Shown piece by piece: positions 46,401 through 56,808 of a stretch of DNA of 64,000 nucleotides (the first letter of the stretch is position 1; every line of letters begins with the position of its first letter). Below the pieces are notes generated by a model, which worked only from the letters and a program-made list of their open reading frames with translations, ran no database searches and was not told the DNA's origin. The translations under genes and the position numbers were made by a program. Source of the stretch: Podarcis melisellensis (lineage: Eukaryota); NCBI GenBank assembly GCA_964234715.1, contig OZ174282.1, one strand, 5' to 3'.

Positions 46401-47791
46401 CATTAAAAAACACAACTGCCTGTCTTTCTTCCAATGGAAGCTTGTGAGTGTAAATAGAGGGGAAGCGCTTCCTTCCAGTGTCTGACCCCTACCTTCCTTC
46501 TTCCCCACCCCAGACTTGGCGAGAACAGCCGCCCCTTCACGGTGAAGGATGATGAGGAGATGAAGAAGGAGAAGGAGAAGAAGGAGAGGGAGAGGGAGAA
46601 GGAGAAGAAAGCGGAGAGAAGCAGTAGCAGCAGCAGTGGCAAAGCAACGCCCGAGTCGGAGACGTCGGACTATCACTCCGAGTCTCCTTCGGAGTCTCCG
46701 TCCGAGTGTGCGTCGTCCTCGGAGGATGAGAGTTCCGGCAGGCGTTCTGCAGCAAAGACATCGCAGATTAAAGCCGGAGGAGCAAATCTCCCCAAACATG
46801 TAAGCTGATAGGAGAGAGGCTGGGAATCTGGTTCTGTACTGTGTGTTTGCTTCTAGGCAGCAATGTAATTTTATGCAGTGTTTTGTACTATAATAATAAA
46901 AACAATAAATAATTTATTGTTTATAACCCGCCCATCTGTCTGGGTTTCCTCAGCCGCTCTGGGCGGCTTCCAACAAAGTATTAAAAATGCAATAAAACAT
47001 CAAACATTAAAAACCTCCCTAAATAGATGTCTTCTAAAATTCAAATAGTTGTTTATTTCCTTGACATCTGATGGGAGGGCGTTCCACAGGGCGGGTGCCG
47101 CTACTGAGAAGGCCCTCTGCCTGGTTCCCTGTAACTCCCACTTCTTGCAGGGAGGGAATCTTGGGCTGAATGATGGAGGTGGAGATGCTCCTTCAGGTAT
47201 ACTGGGCCGAGGCCATTTAGGGCTTTAAAGGTCAACACCAACACTTTGAATTGTGCTCAGAAATGTACTGGGTGGTCTTTCAGGACCGGTGTTATGTGGT
47301 CTCAGCGATCACTCCCAGTCACCAGTCCAGCTGCTGCATTTTGGATTAGGGCAAAGGGGGCAGTGGCCTACCAAGCTCAAACGACCCACCCACCTGCCTT
47401 ACGTGCAACCAGTCTACGGGGATGACCCTGGCTGTCTGAATTGTGCTCGGAAACATACTGGTAGCCAATGTAGGTCTTTCAGGACAGGTGTTATATCGTC
47501 TCTGTTTTGTTTTGTACTGAGGTCGTTTATCTTGTGCCCAACCGTTAATAAAATACACCAATATGTTGCGTATTTAAGAAGTCCTATTCTGACCTCTCTT
47601 CCCCCCCTTTCCAGGATCCCCATCGCTACCGAACTCCGTCTCCCCTTTGGATCCCGCACCCACAAGGCACAGTGTTCAGCTACTTCCCTGTAACTTACTA
47701 TTACGTTCAGCCGACGATGCCTGTTCTCCAGAGACCCAACCCCAACCCCAACATGTTGAAACGGCTCACAAAGCGAGCATCCAAACCCTGA
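43244..47791 (+). CDS. BTG/Tob (APRO) family protein, BTG3/BTG4-like paralogue (possibly btg5/Btg-x lineage), 257 aa, 4 coding exons
   Basis: Spliced CDS of 173+138+286+177 = 774 nt with no stops. Box A is [22 protein letters not shown] and Box B is EITIWIDPGEVSCRLGE. It carries the TSDYHS motif shared with BTG3, and introns split YR|C and CR| as in BTG3/BTG4. Confidence 0.93.
45246..45383 (+). CDS. BTG-like coding exon 2 (CIRINRQYTKDDAILKACMESGLNYSELTLKGEITIWIDPGEVSC)
   Basis: Acceptor cctcgcag|, 138 nt, phase 2-2, donor AG|GTGAGT. Encodes the end of Box A and Box B. Confidence 0.95.
45541..45884 (+). mobile_element. Sauria SINE in the BTG-like intron
   Basis: Head CGCTGTGGGTTAAACCACAGAGCC...GATCGAATCCC through the tail CCCTTTATCTTTACCTTT. 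Confidence 0.9.
46514..46799 (+). CDS. BTG-like coding exon 3 (LGENSRPFTVKDDEEMKKEKEKKERERE...ETSDYHSESPSE...NLPKH)
   Basis: Acceptor ccccaccccag|, donor |GTAAGC. Contains GE..PF.V after Box B, a KEKE-rich tract, and an SDYHS plus Ser-rich tract. Confidence 0.9.
46890..47490 (-). mobile_element. L2 LINE 3' fragment (rearranged) in the BTG-like last intron
   Basis: The - strand reads ITPVLKDLHWLPVCFRAQF, with the same L2 tail as 31300-31660. Confidence 0.82.
47615..47791 (+). CDS. BTG-like last coding exon (DPHRYRTPSPLWIPHPQGTVFSYFPVTYYYVQPTMPVLQRPNPNPNMLKRLTKRASKP*)
   Basis: Acceptor cccctttccag|, phase 0, Pro/Tyr-rich C-terminus reminiscent of BTG3 (P.W.P), TGA at 47789-47791. Confidence 0.8.
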   Translation, partial: DPHRYRTPSPLWIPHPQGTVFSYFPVTYYYVQPTMPVLQRPNPNPNMLKRLTKRASKP

Positions 47792-49329
47792 AGACTGGGC
47801 AGAGCCTGGGGGTGGTTGTGGGGTTTTTTGGGGGGTGGGAAACCGTAGTATCCCTTCACGAAGGACACCTGGCTCCTAAGACTCCTCCTTGAGTCTGGAG
47901 AGGTTCCTTGAGAGGGGCTGGGCTGGGCTGACCTTGTTTCTATGGTGTTGAACAACTGTAGCATTCCAGTTTGTCTGATTAAGCCCTTCCAGAATGGACG
48001 GGCTGTGTTTGCCAGTGGTTAGAGCAGGGTAAGGTGAGTGTAAAATATATATTTATATATATATATATATAGTGTGAGTGTGAGTTTGAGAGTGTGTGTT
48101 TTCAGCTCTTTATAGAGAGAGAAATGTGAAGTGGTGGGGCAAAGGACCCGCGAGTTCCTAATTCTCAGTGGCTTTTCTCAAAGAGGTTTTCTGTAGGCGC
48201 TGTGTGTTTATCCTGCACTTTAGAACCAAACGCTGCTTCTGCTGCTTTGAAAGAGAGGGACAGGAGAGCTCCTGACCCCCTATTGCACTTTTATGGGAAA
48301 ACATGCCATTGCGTGCAAATGCGCTCTGTCTGCAGCAAGGCAGAGGCCCAAATAGCATTAGAGCAGAGGGGGGGGGGACCTGTGATCCTACAGATGTTGC
48401 CAGGCTCCAGCTCCCTTCAGCCTCCCCCCCCCCCAGCCCTTGGGCTGCACTGGGGGGGGGGCTGATGTGACCTAGAGGGTTGCAGGGTCCTCCCACCCTC
48501 TGCTAGAGCCTCATTCCCTTGCTGTTGCTGCTCAGGTCTCCTTTTGCTGCCACCCCTAGCTTCTGCAATGCATCCAGGCATCTCTCGCCTACATTTCCAG
48601 CTCTTCTCCTTAAGGCAAGGCTGGGGGAGCCTGTAGCCCGTCAGCTGACCTTGTCTTTGGACTGCCAGCATGCTCAGTGGTGGTGGTGGGTTGGAGTTGC
48701 ATCTAGCAGCATCTGAATGGCCACAGGTTCCCCTTCTCTGACTTAAGGTCTAGAAATTATAGGTGTTTTGTTTTTGTAAGCGCTGAGATACATCCCAGCT
48801 GTGATCCTACGTGCATATACTTGGCAGTAAGTCCAGTTCAATCCAGCAGGACTTAATTCTAAGTAGACATGCCTAGGATCGCACAGTTTGAATCCATGCG
48901 CACATATATATATTTATATAAATATAAATACATGCCGTACTGCCTTGCGTCTTTTCTCCTGGGAATACACACAGCTGCAATAATAATACTTACCTACCTC
49001 AAGAGATGCTCTTATCAAGTTATTATTGTTATTATTATCAAGTTGTTATTATTATTGTTCTTACTATTATTAATACTACTGAAGGATTGTTGGCACTTGA
49101 CTGGACCTACTTCTTGTTGGGGAAAGTATTCTTGTTGTTGCTGATAAAATGACAGATAATATATATATTTAGATATATATTATGTATTCTGTAAATAACA
49201 ATCGGGAGCTTTGTAATTTATGGAATGAAAATGATTTTGTAAATATGGTACCTGCAGCTTGTTTTTACGCACCATTGATACAACAAATTTTGCCTTTTTT
49301 TAAAAAAAAAAGCAAACGTCTCTCTTCTT

Positions 49330-49400
49330 TTTTTATACAGCTTTTTAAAACTAATAAAATAAATGATGCAAATAAAGGATAATGTTGTGTTTGTGGTTTG
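49330..49400 (+). terminator. Polyadenylation region of the BTG-like gene (AATAAA 49353, 49358, 49371; GU-rich downstream element)
   Basis: Three AATAAA hexamers end an AU-rich ~1.6 kb 3'UTR and are followed by TGTTGTGTTTGTGGTTTG. Confidence 0.7.
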
Positions 49401-50559
49401 GGCGGGGGAGAGAAATGATGATGATGGAGGTGCAGCCATTGTACACAGGCACCCAAAAAAGGAACTTTCAAAACAAAGCAAATATGGAAGCGTTTCCATT
49501 CTAAAACAGACAGCTTTGTCCCCTCCAGATCTTGCTGGGTTACAACACATGGCCTGGAGACAGGCAGTCAGGTTGTGCATCTGCAGCAGTGAGCAGAGGA
49601 GGAATGACCGCTGGGAGGAGCTCAGTGAGAAGAAACGCCATGGCGATTCTGCAGCGGCAAAACTGGATGCCTCTCTCTGCCCCAGCTGCAACAAATCATG
49701 TCTCTCCTGTATCAGTCTCTGCAGCCACAGCAGGTGCTGTAACACTTCAGCGGTTTGGTTTGCCTTTACCCCTGCAATGGTGCACTTTAGACAGATCCCA
49801 ACGCACACACTTTTACTCTGTCCAAGTTTCAACCAAGGGAGCACTTTATAGCCTTTTCATCTAGCAAAGCTTATCTGCCTCCCTGTTCTGTTCTACATAT
49901 TTCCTAGCTCTGCAATGGCCTTTTTGAGTGGCCAGAGCCATATCCCAGGGGGCAACAGGATCCCATGGCCCTCCACTTGTGTGTCGGACAACCTCTGGGA
50001 ATCAGCCCCAGCCAGCTTACCCCTCGGGGGTGATAGAAGGAGCTGCTATTCTTCCATCGGATTTCTTAACTGGTCCTCACCATGAGGTCCCAACACAGGT
50101 TACAGCGATTTAGAAAGACAGCATTCAAGCCAGTTAAAACAAAAGTCTCTGGCAGCAGGTGTCTCACACCGAATATAGCCGACCTGTAGAAAAGGCTCTA
50201 TCCTCTGAAAACAGAGACGCCGGATGTACCCTTGTTAACTATGAAAATCCTTTAATAAAAAAAATTACTTTTTTAAAAAAAAAATAGGGTGGGTCTTAAA
50301 ATATTGGTTGTAGCCCAATAGCAGCTGGGGGGCAGGGGCAACAGGCTCCATTCCACAATTGCTGGCCAAACAAAGCTGACCATGACCACATGTTTCTTAC
50401 ATAAAGGAAATGGAGGGAATGTCCTCTTTGGGATTTTCCTTCTCCATGCTAATAATTCCTTGCATTCGGTTTGCTCTCCCGCTAGAGAAAATAACCTTTA
50501 CTGAAGGTTTCAGTGTTGTATACCAGCGTGCACCAACCTGGTATTCTCCAGATGGTTTG

Positions 50560-50823
50560 TGTTAAGTTGTGGGTGAACATATCGGACGACACAGCGATTC
50601 TTCAAACAGCTCTTGCTTATTCACAGGCCAGAACAGAACTGAACTGAAAGGTTCAGCCAGCCTGCTTATACAGAGCTCCACTAGAATGCAACAGTAACCA
50701 TTTTCTGTAACTATCCAATCACGGAACATCACTTTCAATCCCTTATTTGCATATGTGAACCTGAGTGAAAACTATCTACAGTGTCCCCCTGCTGGCCCAG
50801 GGCGAGAACTTCAGCACATAACA
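50560..50823 (-). mobile_element. Solo LTR (264 bp) inserted into a MITE
   Basis: TGTTA...TAACA termini and 5-bp TSD GTTTG (50555-50559, 50824-50828). The host MITE sequence resumes across it. TATA-like and polyA-like signals lie on the - strand. Confidence 0.75.
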
Positions 50824-52850
50824 GTTTGGACTACAGCTCCCATGAGCCCTAGGAAGTAAGTGTTGGCTGGGAATGATGGGAGCCTGTATGGGATAATTAT
50901 TCCGGAAGATTATTGTAATTTTGAGGAGATAGTGATCTGACATGGCCAACTCTTCCTGTCTGGTTATCTCTTCCTGACTCTGGTCATTATGTTTTATTGC
51001 TTTCTCTATCCCTTGGGAAAAAAATGTCTTTGATGTAGAGTAGCTCAGCCCCAGCAGGGACCAGCATCTATAAAATACCTAGTTTTGAATACAGGAGCTG
51101 GGAGTTTGCGCACAGGCTGTTGGCCACAGAGCTGTGCAAAAGAAGGCTACCTGCTGGTCACCTCACCACGTCTCCAGGGCTTCCCCTTGGCAGACTGAAG
51201 TGCTGCTTGGTAATGTATATTTTACTTGCTGTTCATAATAAAATCTGAAATCTTCTCACCCACTTGCGTTTGTATTGCTTCTGAATCTAATTTTAAAAGA
51301 GCCGTCTTGCATTTGGCAAGACAGAGCCGTACTCCAAAAGATCTGGAGGGTTCCACATTGGCAAAGGCTGATCCTACTTTAAACAGGGCTGGCATAACCA
51401 GTTCAGAACATTTCGTATGTGAAAGTAACACAACATGCACCGTTTTGCTCTAGGGTTGCACCCCATGTGCTTTTTCTGCACACACAGGCACAATTGGGAG
51501 CCAATGTGTCATTGGTGGTGGGAGTCCAGGCTTCGAAACCCCACTTTCAGCCGTGAAGCTCACTGCGTCACCTTGGGCCAGTCGCTGCCTCTAAGCCTAA
51601 CCCACCTCACTGAGTTATGAGCACAACCACAATAAAAGAGACTGCTGGATCAGGCCAATGGACAAGCCTGTCCAACATTCGGTTCTCACAGCTGCAAAAC
51701 AGCGGCCTGTGGGGGCCATGCAAGCAGGGGATGGGGAAAGAGCATTGCAGTTGGTTGCAGTCACTGCCTCCTGTGGCAGTGAGTTCCATAGTTTAACTCT
51801 GCACTGCATGAAGAAGCGCTTGCTTTTATCTGTCTCGAATCTTGCAACCAGCTTCATTCGATGCCCCTGAGTTCTAGAGTTATATATATATATGAGAGAG
51901 AGAGAAAGAGAGAGAGAGAGAGAAAGAGAGAGAGTAACCTCTCTCTATTCACTTTCCCCATGCCATAAAATGATAAGTTTCCATGCATTGCAGCGGGGTT
52001 GGGCTTGATGACCATCGGGGGTCCCTTCCAACTGTATGATTCTATGTCGCCTCTTAACTCTCCTTTCCTGGAAACTAGACAGTCCCAAATGATGCAACCT
52101 CTTCGGCAAAGGCTCAGCATATATTCCGATCTAATAAACGACAAACGGCAGCAACAAGCTTCACACAGAGCTGCTGGCTGTGCTTCTTTGCACTGCGTGG
52201 AATTTTTCCCTCGAGGAAAATGTTACCGTTCGCATCCCGTGGCGTCAGAAACTAAGATGGTCCTAAGCCCTAGGAATCATCCCGAATTCCTTTAGCTGCA
52301 GTTCTCTCCTAAAGCCACCAGGGCGGGCTATTGCTCTATAGGTGTGCAAGTGGCCTGTGGCTTCCCTATTCTCATTCATTCACGAACTTCAGAAATAGAG
52401 AGAAGGGACTCTCTTTGTAGCGCCGTCAATGGCAGAGGGCTGACTGCACCAACTGGGGTTTTTCTTGGTGCAGGATGCCCTTTGCGTGCAGCTAGTCCCA
52501 TTCAAGGAGACATGTTGCAGACAATAGCAATGGTGGACAGGTGCTAAAAAAGAGAGCACCCTTCCTGTAGCTCACTGGTTAGAGCATCCCCTTTGTGTGC
52601 AGGATCTCGCTGGAATCCTGGTTCAGTCCCCACCATCACCTGGAAGCCCTGAGGGAAAAGACACCAGTCTAAAATTCTGCAGAGCTTCTGCCTGTCTAAA
52701 CGTCGGGAAGAACATTTCTGACGGACAGAGCTGTTTGACCGTGGAACTGTCTCCCTCGGGAGGTGGTGGTCTCTCCTTCCTTGGAGGTTTTTAAGCAGAG
52801 GTTGGGTGACCATCTGCCATGGATGCTTTTGTTGAGATCCCTGCATTGCA

Positions 52851-53044
52851 GGGGGTTGGTCTAGATGACCCTTGGGGGCCCCTTGCTACTCTACAATTCT
52901 GGAAAGGGTCTGACTCATTGCAAGGCGGCTAGCTAACTTTAATTGTTGGGGGTTGGTCTAGATGACCCTTGGGGGCCCCTTGCTACTCTACAATTCTGGA
53001 AAGGGTCTGACTCATTGCAAGGCGGCTAGCTAACTTTAATTGTT
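52851..53044. repeat. Perfect 97-bp tandem duplication (2 copies)
   Basis: 52851-52947 is identical to 52948-53044. Confidence 0.92.
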
Positions 53045-53209
53045 GTGCAGAAGAGGAGATTGCAGCAAGGCTAGCTTGCTTAACATGGGTTGATCTGAAC
53101 CAGCAAAAAGCATCCACATTGCATGCAGTTCCTGACGTACCTCCAGGTATGGCTAGGAGAGGAGACAGCAGTCTTCATTCCTGGAGAGCTGCTGCCAATC
53201 AGTGTAGAC

Positions 53210-53723
53210 CAGAGGTTTTCAAACTTTTTTGAGTCCACGGCTCCTTAGACCAAGTACCTTCTTTCTGCGGCACTCTTGTGGGGCTCAGGAGCCCAGTTAT
53301 GTCACCCCTTGCCTGCAGAGCTGGCAGCCTCTCGCCCTTTTTTGAAAACACCCTCCATTGTGGAGTCGTCCCCCCGCTCTAATCCCCTCTCTTTGGGAGT
53401 CCTATGGCCAGCCGCTGCTGCCACTCCTGGTCTCTGAGCTGCCCTCCCTTCCCTCAAGAGAGGTGCCTCCTCACACTGCCCCACAGAGGCCTGGGAAGCA
53501 GCCCCTCGCCAGCCCCAGAGGTACTATTTGCCTGGGGAGCTTGTAGCCAAGGCTGCTGCAACAAACAGCGGTGCAAGCCTTTGGGAAGCAGAGAGGAGGG
53601 AGGGAGGGAGGGAGGGAGGGAGGGAGGGAAGGAAGGAAGCCAGAGGCCAGTGTTGCCCACAGCACCTTTGACCATCATTCAAGGCACCCCAGGGTGCCAT
53701 GGCTCCCTGGTTGAAAACTACTG
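53210..53723. mobile_element. hAT non-autonomous element containing a (GGGA)n tract, nested in a SINE-like repeat
   Basis: TIR CAGAGGTTTTCAA...TTGAAAACTACTG with perfect TSD GTGTAGAC. Confidence 0.82.
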
Positions 53724-54759
53724 GTGTAGACAACACTGAGCTGTCTAGATAGACCAAGGCTTTGACTCAGCATTCGGAGGCTTCCTATGTTTCTGTGCCT
53801 TGAATAGCTGCGTGGAAGAGGGGATTTCATTGAGCCCAGCTTGCTTAGTCAGCAGCATGGAGAAACTGAAACATGATCCACTAGCAAAACCCAGTAGTAT
53901 CCTATCTTGCGTAGGGCAGACAATGTCCCTCCTCCCTTCCGCCAGCCTCCTGCCTCTAACCATGCCTAACTGTAGCTTGATAAAGCAGCCGTGAGCCAGT
54001 GATAAAGCTTATCTGCCCTTTCTGAACCAAATCAAGCCACTGTAGTGTGTGAAGCTAGAGAGACCAGTGAACAAGCTGGTAGCTCTTTATCTGGGCTGTG
54101 TGCTTACCCAGAAAGGTGAGAGAGGCCTTTTGTTCCATTTCCTTCAAAATGCCTTTGCAACTTATCTTGGCCCAGCTAGGGCGGGCTTAACAGATGAGGC
54201 AAACAGTTCCCGACTTTGGATTTTGGAAACGTACAGCCAAACCAACCGGGAAGTAACTTGTACCCTCCAACATTTCTCCGATGAAAATAAGGACACCTGA
54301 TTCCATAACAACAACAACAACAACATTTATACCCTGCTCATAATATCTGGGTGGCTTCCAACGCATATCAAAACATAATAAACATTAAGCATTAAATAAC
54401 TCCCCCCTACAGGACTGCCTTCAGATGTCTTCTCAAGGTGTTAGAGTTACTTATCTCCTTGGATTGGGGGGAGGAACACATAGCTCCATACCTTCCAACA
54501 TTTCTCCAATGAAAATACAGACATCCCAAGGAAAAGTGGGACGTTCTGGGGTCAAATCAGAAACCGGGACGGTTTTTGTAAATCAGGGACTGTCCCTGGA
54601 AAATAGGAGGGTCTGGTAACTGTTTTTTTTTAACTGGGGTGTGTTTGCAATTGTTTCAGTTGCTTTGATATATATATAATTGTTTTAGACATATAGATTG
54701 CATTGCAAATCATTTTGTGATGCATCATAGGAAGTGATTCATAAATGCGGGTTTACCCT

Positions 54760-55020
54760 TGGGCCTGATCCGGAGGCTCCAGCTGGTGCAAAACACTGCT
54801 GCTAGATTGCCAATGGGGACAGACTATCGCCAGCACATCCCTTTCACTGGTTGCTCATATGCTACCAGATCAGGTTCAAGGTCCTTGTATTAATTTACAA
54901 GGCTCTTAACAATTTGGGTCCAGGATATCTCAGGAACTGCCTAAACCCTTATACCGCAAGCAGATCCCTGAGGTTTTCTGGGAAGTCACTGTTACTGCTC
55001 CCTCAAGCCTCAAGCCACAA
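54760..55020 (+). mobile_element. L2 LINE ORF2 fragment
   Basis: Translation HWLLICYQIRFKVLVLIYKALNNLGPGYLRNCL, the L2 C-terminal motif. Confidence 0.8.
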
Positions 55021-56140
55021 AGCTTCTATCCACCAGGAATTGTGCTCAGAAACTTACTGGGAGTCAATGTAGGTCTTTCAGGACCAGTGTTATATGGTTC
55101 CAGCAGCTGCTACCAGTCTCCAGTCTAGCTGCTGCATTCTGGATTAGTCTAGCTATCATGCTGGAGGAGCTTTGCTTACTAAGTTTCTGCTGGTCATGTT
55201 AAAGACACAAGAGCACAGCCAGGAAAAAATTTGGCAACCTTTGCTGATGACATTTGAGAAGCATGGTGACCAAATTTTCCCTCACAGGGCTCCTGTGCTG
55301 TTAATAGCTTCTGAACAAGCAAGCAAGCAAACACTTAGAAGGAAACTTTTTCATGGCATGAAGATAAGTGGTAGGAACAAGTTGCACCTCTTAGAAACTT
55401 TTCTGAGTCCAGCAGCTGTTAAATGCGCAGGAGCTCTTCCAGGGGGTAAAAGCTAACAACCTCAACCATTAAACTTTTCAGACTGGTTATTAAAATTCTT
55501 CACCGGATTTTATAAGGTTGCCTGAATTAATTAGCCCTCTCAGTCCCTTAGTTTTGTAACTGTTTTTTGAGCCCTTGAAAGGGTTGCTTCTCAAACATTT
55601 AAATATACTTTCTACTCCGCCAACCCGAAACCAATGATCAGAGCCGATGATTCACACTGTATATTTAAAGCACGTGACTTGCCCCATAGCATCCTGGGAA
55701 GTGTAGTTTGTTCAGGGTGCTGGGTATTGTGGCTCTGTAAGGGGGAAACCACAGTTCCCAGGATTATTTGGGGGAAGTCACATGTTTTAAATGCACAGTG
55801 TAGATCTGCCCATGGATACTTCCTGATGTTGGGTGGTGAAGTGAAAAACAAAAAGTCTTCTGCAAACCTGCTATTATTGCCCTCGAGGGCCTGAAGCTTG
55901 GAGGCACTAATCTCAATGCAGGCATAAACAGAGGCACAGCAAGCCCCCTGCTAATATTGCAAGGAAGCTTCCTAACAACAAAGCAGTGGCCCTTTCTAAG
56001 TCTGCTTCTTCCCAAGCAAGGGCACAGTGAGGGCGCTTTCCGCTGGGGGGCAGTGAGGGTTCTTCGCCATGCAGTCCCAGTCCCCTTGGCCGGAGGCACA
56101 ACTTGCTTTAGGATGCTGTCTCTCCCTGGAAAGTCAGATA

Positions 56141-56382
56141 CAGTGGTACCTCAGGTTACAGACACTTCAAGTTACAGATGCTTCAGGTTACAGACTCTGC
56201 TAACCCAGAAATAATACCTCGGGTTAAGAACTTTGTCCAAGGATGAGAACAGAAATCATGCTCCGGCGGCATGGTAGCAGTAGGAGGCCCCATTAGCTAA
56301 AGTGGTGCTTCAGGTTAAGAACAGTTTCAGGTTAAGAACGGACCTCCAGAACGAATTAAGTTCTTAACCAGAGGTACCACTG
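56141..56382. mobile_element. Tc1/mariner-type MITE (TIR CAGTGGTACCTC)
   Basis: TIRs and TA flanks. Confidence 0.88.
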
Positions 56383-56504
56383 TACTCCAAAGAGAGGGCT
56401 GCCCCACAGTTAGATAACCACACATGGTAGAGCATCTGCTTTTCGTGCAGGAGATTGCAGGTTCCATTCCTGACATCTCCAGGTTGGGCTTGTGTACTTT
56501 TTTG

Positions 56505-56808
56505 TTATACACACCGACAACTGGGAAACACTGGCCTGTAAGCACTCCAGTTGGAGAACAGCCTTTACCAAAGGTATCATGGGCTTTGAAGACACTCAAA
56601 CTCAGGATGCAAGGGAGAAACATGCTAAGAGGAAGGCATGCTTGGCAAATCCACACGATGATCAACTCCCACCCGGAAACCAACGTCCCCACTGTGGAAG
56701 GACATGTGGATCCAGAATTGGCCTCCACAGTCACTTATGGACTCTCTGTCAAAACCATGTTTATGGAAGACAATCTTACTCAGCTACGAGTGATCGCTGA
56801 AGAAGAAG
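56505..56808 (+). mobile_element. RTE-clade LINE 3' end (non-BovB)
   Basis: Translation WETLACKHSSWRTAF...PHCGRTCGSRIGLHSHL (RTE-1-type terminal zinc finger) and a (GAA)n tail. Confidence 0.82.

Noticed and set aside
46368-46799. Hydrophobic - strand ORFs (poly-Leu/Phe/Ser)
   Set aside because: Antisense shadow of the KEKE-rich BTG-like exon.
43244-47791. Calling the gene BTG3 or BTG4 outright
   Set aside because: It is clearly divergent from both, and its neighbours (miR-125a, SPACA6) are not the BTG3 (CXADR/C21orf91) or BTG4 (miR-34b/c) neighbours. The symbol is left blank.
49218-49864. Long overlapping ORFs (208 aa on -, 162 aa on +)
   Set aside because: They overlap the BTG-like poly(A) region, have no recognisable domain, and have compositionally random translations.
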